Source of the DNA: a virus
Taxonomy: Duplodnaviria; Caudoviricetes
IMG/VR virus record: IMGVR_UViG_3300037183_000125
Span: 69,886-133,885 of that record
Length of the DNA: 64,000 bases
Reading direction: 5' to 3' (one strand)
Position numbers and translations under genes: made by a program. Of this stretch, positions 60,272 to 64,000 are shown piece by piece (within the stretch, counting starts at the first letter, position 1; each line of letters opens with the position of its first letter). Under the pieces are notes generated by a model. The model did no database searches and was not told the DNA's origin. It saw only the letters and a program-made list of their open reading frames with translations.

Positions 60272-60643
60272 TCAGACGTCGTTGACGTCGCATTCAAGGC
60301 GTAACGGGCGGACCGTGACGCCGTTCGACTTCAGGTTCATCGAGCGGGCGACGTCCGTCATCGACTCCTTGACGGCCGAGAGGAGCGACGACTTGAGCTT
60401 CCGGACGAGGTTCGCCTTCCCGGCGACGCCCTCGAAGGAGGCCGAGATGTCGAGCTCGATGCGGCAGGCGATCTCCGGGCCGGAGGACAGGACGTCCTCG
60501 GAGACGGTCTCCAGAGAGTCCGCCACGTCGCGGCGCGGGGCCGAGCGCTTGCGCTTCTTCGGGCGGGGCTTGCCCCTCTTCGCCGCCGTCACGGAGACGG
60601 AGGCCACGCGGGAGGCCATGCTGCGGAGGTCGGAAGTCTGCAC
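60272..60643 (-). CDS. Hypothetical protein
   Basis: Start reassigned to GTG 60643 (MQTSDLRSMASRVAS) because GTACTGT (60650-60656) lies 6 nt upstream and this removes the overlap with 60665-61264. Confidence 0.6.
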   Translation of the reverse strand: MQTSDLRSMASRVASVSVTAAKRGKPRPKKRKRSAPRRDVADSLETVSEDVLSSGPEIACRIELDISASFEGVAGKANLVRKLKSSLLSAVKESMTDVARSMNLKSNGVTVRPLRLECDVNDV

Positions 60644-60664
60644 GCCGGGACAGTACATAGAGAG

Positions 60665-61264
60665 GTGAAGACGACACCCGAGGAGGCCACGAGAAGGGCC
60701 GCAGTTACCAGGCTGGAGAGCGTGAAGGCGGTCTTCCGACAAAGAACAGAGAAAAGCTCCGGACGAAAGGATATGACCCTCGCAGTCTCCTTCACGGTCG
60801 AGTGCGAAGGGCGAAGGGCGAAGGGGAGGATAGTCGACACATGCCAGGAATTCGTCTTCGACAGACATGGGAACAAGGTCCTGATCCCGGGGACCAAAAA
60901 GAACTGGTTCAATTGGGCTCCCCCGAAAAAGCCGGTCGAGGACGCCGTGCTGTCGGCAGTCTACGGGACGACGAACGTCAGGAACGACCCGAAGAGCAAC
61001 ACAGCACGGTCCATCTCATGGGAGAGCGGGAGAATAATAGCGTCTCTAGCCCATAGGGTGGCGATGCACATAAGGTCGAAGAAGATGACCGAAACCCTTC
61101 TCAGGGCGGAGAGGTCAGAGCGACGGAAGAACATGCTGGACGACATGACATCGGCGATAGAAGAAGTCTTGAGAAAATATCCGGAGATGCAGAAGAAAAA
61201 CCTGGACCTGGCGTTCGAGGAGGCCAAGAAGGCCCAAGTAGTCCGGGAGGTGATGGAGACGTAG
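60665..61264 (+). CDS. Basic hypothetical protein ending REVMET
   Basis: 199-aa ORF divergent from 60272-60643. Confidence 0.55.
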   Translation: MKTTPEEATRRAAVTRLESVKAVFRQRTEKSSGRKDMTLAVSFTVECEGRRAKGRIVDTCQEFVFDRHGNKVLIPGTKKNWFNWAPPKKPVEDAVLSAVYGTTNVRNDPKSNTARSISWESGRIIASLAHRVAMHIRSKKMTETLLRAERSERRKNMLDDMTSAIEEVLRKYPEMQKKNLDLAFEEAKKAQVVREVMET

Positions 61265-61287
61265 ACTCCTTGTCCCGCACAGCGGGC

Positions 61288-61509
61288 ATGGACTTCCATG
61301 CCATGGCCGTACGCGTCGCCGGATACGACTTCAAGACGAAGATGAAGATCAACGCCCTCGTCATCTCGGAGCTCGCCCGCGAGACGGGGCTCGGGGAGAA
61401 CGACGTGGCGATGGCGATCCTCGAGTCCGGCGTGCACAAGCAGATCCAGGAGCTCGCGGACGCGATGGGGGACGAGGCGGAGAAGTTGAAGGGGAAGAAG
61501 GCGGCCTGA
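61288..61509 (+). CDS. Small hypothetical protein
   Basis: Start taken at ATG 61288 (MDFHAMAVRVAG); strong GC3 bias. Confidence 0.6.
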   Translation: MDFHAMAVRVAGYDFKTKMKINALVISELARETGLGENDVAMAILESGVHKQIQELADAMGDEAEKLKGKKAA

Positions 61510-63081
61510 TTAGCGCTTTGAGAGAGGGTAGACGAACTTCAGCTTCCTCGGGGTCAGAACTTTTCGAAGGCCAAGACGCATGACATGGTCTGACTCCTTG
61601 AGGCCAGAAGCCCTGGCGCGGGAGTAGACGGCTTTCTTGTTTAGCTCGACACCGTCCTCGTCGACGTAAAAATAGGACTTCCCGGTCCTCCCGACGAAGG
61701 TCCAGTTCGAGGCTCTGTAGAGGCCACCCGAATGACCGAACCTCGGGTCTGCGAAAGATATGAGGGCCTCAAGACCAGGAAAATCCCGTCGGACAAGTCG
61801 TATGCAGGCGGACATCATGAAGGAAGAAAAGTTCTTCTTATGATATCCCGGCCTCACGCAAAAACGGTCGAGCTCAAGGGACGCGGAATCCCTGAAGCCA
61901 GACGAGGAGGCTACCCTCTGACGGACCAGGCTAGCGAACTTACACTCGCCGATGACCTCGTCGTCAAGGACGGCGACATAGGAAACAGTAGCGGCGCGAC
62001 CGTAGCCAGCATAATGATGGGAGTCAAGAAAAGACTTTGACCCGCCAGAGGGGACGAAAGAGACGACAGAAAAGTCAAAATCGACAACTGGCTTCCCGAT
62101 AGACCTCGTCATCTTTTTCAGATAGTTGCAGTTCTGACAGAGTAGTTGAAAGGCCTCCCTGTCGAGCTCGCCGGACAGGATTTTCGGATGAAGATTAAAT
62201 CCGAGCCTTTCAAAGAAAGCGTTTCTGCGAAACTGTCCGTCGTCTTGGACATGGTCAAGACATAGGGAGAACTCATCCGTAGAGCCGCACTCGACGCAAG
62301 CACTCCCGTAGAGGCTGAAGCACTCTCTCCTAAGTTTCCGTCGTGAGTCACGCCGGCACCCGCCGCACTCATTAAGAATATGAAGGTCGTCGGAACTTCT
62401 TACGGAGAAGTTGCACTCATCAAGATCAAGATCACAAGTCCGACAGTGGAGAAGGCGCCCAGTCTCAACGCGAGCCTTCAGAAGCGACCCAGGGCTCGAA
62501 ATGAACTTCCTGGAGTTGCAATTACGACACAAGATCTGGTACTTGGACAGGTCAGCCTCTCCAGAGGCTATGGAAACCTTTATATGGAAACTTCCCTTGC
62601 GACGCCGCTCAACATTCCCGTCATCGAGGACGTGATCCACCGTCAGGAGATCACGACAGGACTCCCCGCACGATGCGCAGGACGAGCCGAGCTTCGCAAG
62701 GACGACAGAGAAAACGTCATGACAGCGCTGACGACGCTTGGCGGCCAAGGACTCAGAGTTTCTGGAACGATAACCAGCGAGATAGGAGAGCCTTTCCTTC
62801 CGGTTGTTCAGATAGTAAATCTTCTTCCCATCGAGAGCCCGCTGCCGATTCCGTGAGTACCAAGTTGTCTCCCGGAACCCGGGGAGAGATGAGCTCATGG
62901 CATACTTTGATCGGATGCGCGCATTGTGGGAATCTCTATTCTCATAAACCCACTCATTTCGTCTTGACGAGCGACATGACTTGCAGGCGGCGTCTTTACC
63001 GTCCTTGCCACATTTATTGTTGTAGAAACCGCTCTTCAGGTCCTTCTCAGAACCGCACTTGGAACAAACCCTCGTCGCCAT
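61510..63081 (-). mobile_element. Tandem HNH-like endonuclease fused to a Mom-like GNAT domain
   Basis: Two CxxCG...DHV.DDG...Q.LC.NCN domains (family of 4345-5106 and 8658-9506), then HHYAG...LELDRF...LISFADPRFGHSGGLYRASNW. Confidence 0.75.
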
Positions 63082-63099
63082 CAAACGACTTTACGTTTG
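63082..63099 (-). promoter_or_regulatory. 6-bp hairpin abutting ATG 63081 with the GTAAAGT motif in its loop
   Basis: Minus strand CAAACG-TAAAGT-CGTTTG-ATG. Confidence 0.55.
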
Positions 63100-63112
63100 G
63101 ACTACTGAAGAG

Positions 63113-64000
63113 TTACACTCCAAGAAAACGTCGCGGGGTTAGGGCACCCCGGCCTACCGACGGACCGAACGAGCTCCGGATGCCGACGCCGAACTTGGAC
63201 TGCTTGAGGCCCATGAAGATCTTGACCGTCTCCTTCGCGTCCGTCACGTCGGTCGTGAAGCGGGCCTCAAGGTCGGAGGCCATGGATTGGTACTTCGAGC
63301 TCTTCTCGATGGAGAGGGAGACGCCGCCGATGCTGTAGTCGAACTCGTCGACCACCCAGTTCAGGGCGATGGCGAAGATGGCGTGGATCATGGCCCCCTC
63401 GAGGAGGACCGTCCTCCAGGGGCGGTTCCGGGAGATAAGCTCGTCCAGCGTCCGGTAGAACGTCATGGGCGGCTTCGAGTTGATCGAGTCGAGCGACACG
63501 CGCAGAAACTCGAGCAGCTCATAGTCCTCCCAGAGGAAACCGAAGACGCGGGTGAACTGGTTGATGGACTCCTCACCAGTCGGCGGTGAAAAGTGATAGT
63601 TTCGATCCGGATTATTGTCCCGGAGCATGATGCGAAGGGCGCGGATGAGGTCCGTCTCCACCGGGGTTACGCCGGCGAGCGTTACTATCTGCGTCGCGTC
63701 GGCGACGACGTCGAAGTCCGACTCGACCTCGACCTGTGTGGATCCGACCTTCTGGCGAAAAAACCAGCGGAGACGGTACTTGCCGAGGTTCGCGTCGCGC
63801 GGGACGAAGAAGCTAGCGTAGTACTCGCCGACCGCAGCGTTAACGGGCGTCCGGTCCGTCGGGGGGAGGAGGACCTCGACGCCGGTCGTGAAGTCGTAGA
63901 TGTTGTAGAAGATCTCGGCGACGTTCTTCATGGACCCGCCCTGGGTCTTCATGTAGATGGAGAGGCCGTCGCCGCGCCCGACCTCCTGTCCGCGCTTTAG
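63113..64000 (-). CDS. Putative head-tail adaptor protein (5' end beyond window)
   Basis: Frame is open to base 64000. LIRALRIMLRD...ELLEFL...DYSIGGVSLS resembles head-tail adaptor proteins. Confidence 0.5.
   Translation of the reverse strand, partial: LKRGQEVGRGDGLSIYMKTQGGSMKNVAEIFYNIYDFTTGVEVLLPPTDRTPVNAAVGEYYASFFVPRDANLGKYRLRWFFRQKVGSTQVEVESDFDVVADATQIVTLAGVTPVETDLIRALRIMLRDNNPDRNYHFSPPTGEESINQFTRVFGFLWEDYELLEFLRVSLDSINSKPPMTFYRTLDELISRNRPWRTVLLEGAMIHAIFAIALNWVVDEFDYSIGGVSLSIEKSSKYQSMASDLEARFTTDVTDAKETVKIFMGLKQSKFGVGIRSSFGPSVGRGALTPRRFLGV

Noticed and set aside
4345-63081. Group I introns or inteins hosting the endonucleases
   Set aside because: Flanking genes appear complete with their own starts and stops, and I saw no intein termini or intron core. 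A covariance-model search was not possible.
1-64000. tRNA/rRNA genes, alternative genetic code and host assignment
   Set aside because: No tRNA- or rRNA-like sequence was seen in the short intergenic gaps. Genes are full length in the standard code. High GC and leaderless-type starts are not enough to name a host.

Overview
This is a 64-kb piece of a large, high-GC myovirus-type (jumbo-like) phage genome. Most real genes lie on the minus strand and form a virion morphogenesis region. Read right to left it runs: head-tail/neck genes, an actin-like ATPase, a very large tail sheath, an ~11-kb accessory block (lipoprotein, collagen-repeat protein, AAA ATPase, RtcB, sigma-70 factor), tail tube, putative chaperones, tape measure, tube-initiator/glycosidase proteins, hub, spike, large baseplate proteins and a baseplate J-like gene. 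No capsid, terminase, tRNA or CRISPR was recognised. About 12 free-standing, lower-GC endonuclease genes or remnants (GIY-YIG, tandem HNH, Vsr/EDxHD-like) are interspersed. Most notable observations: (1) Three endonucleases from two unrelated families are fused to a Mom-like GNAT domain, and two of them carry arrays of six Cys4 modules. (2) The sheath and tube genes are each bracketed by the same pair of element types. (3) A GTAnnGT motif sits 5-10 nt before at least 14 start codons, mostly without a Shine-Dalgarno, and lies in hairpin loops at several endonuclease genes. (4) Two adjacent genes share a ~40-aa leader but have unrelated C-termini, and one is flanked by 32/33-bp direct repeats. 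All product calls come from motif recognition and gene order by eye; no database search was run.
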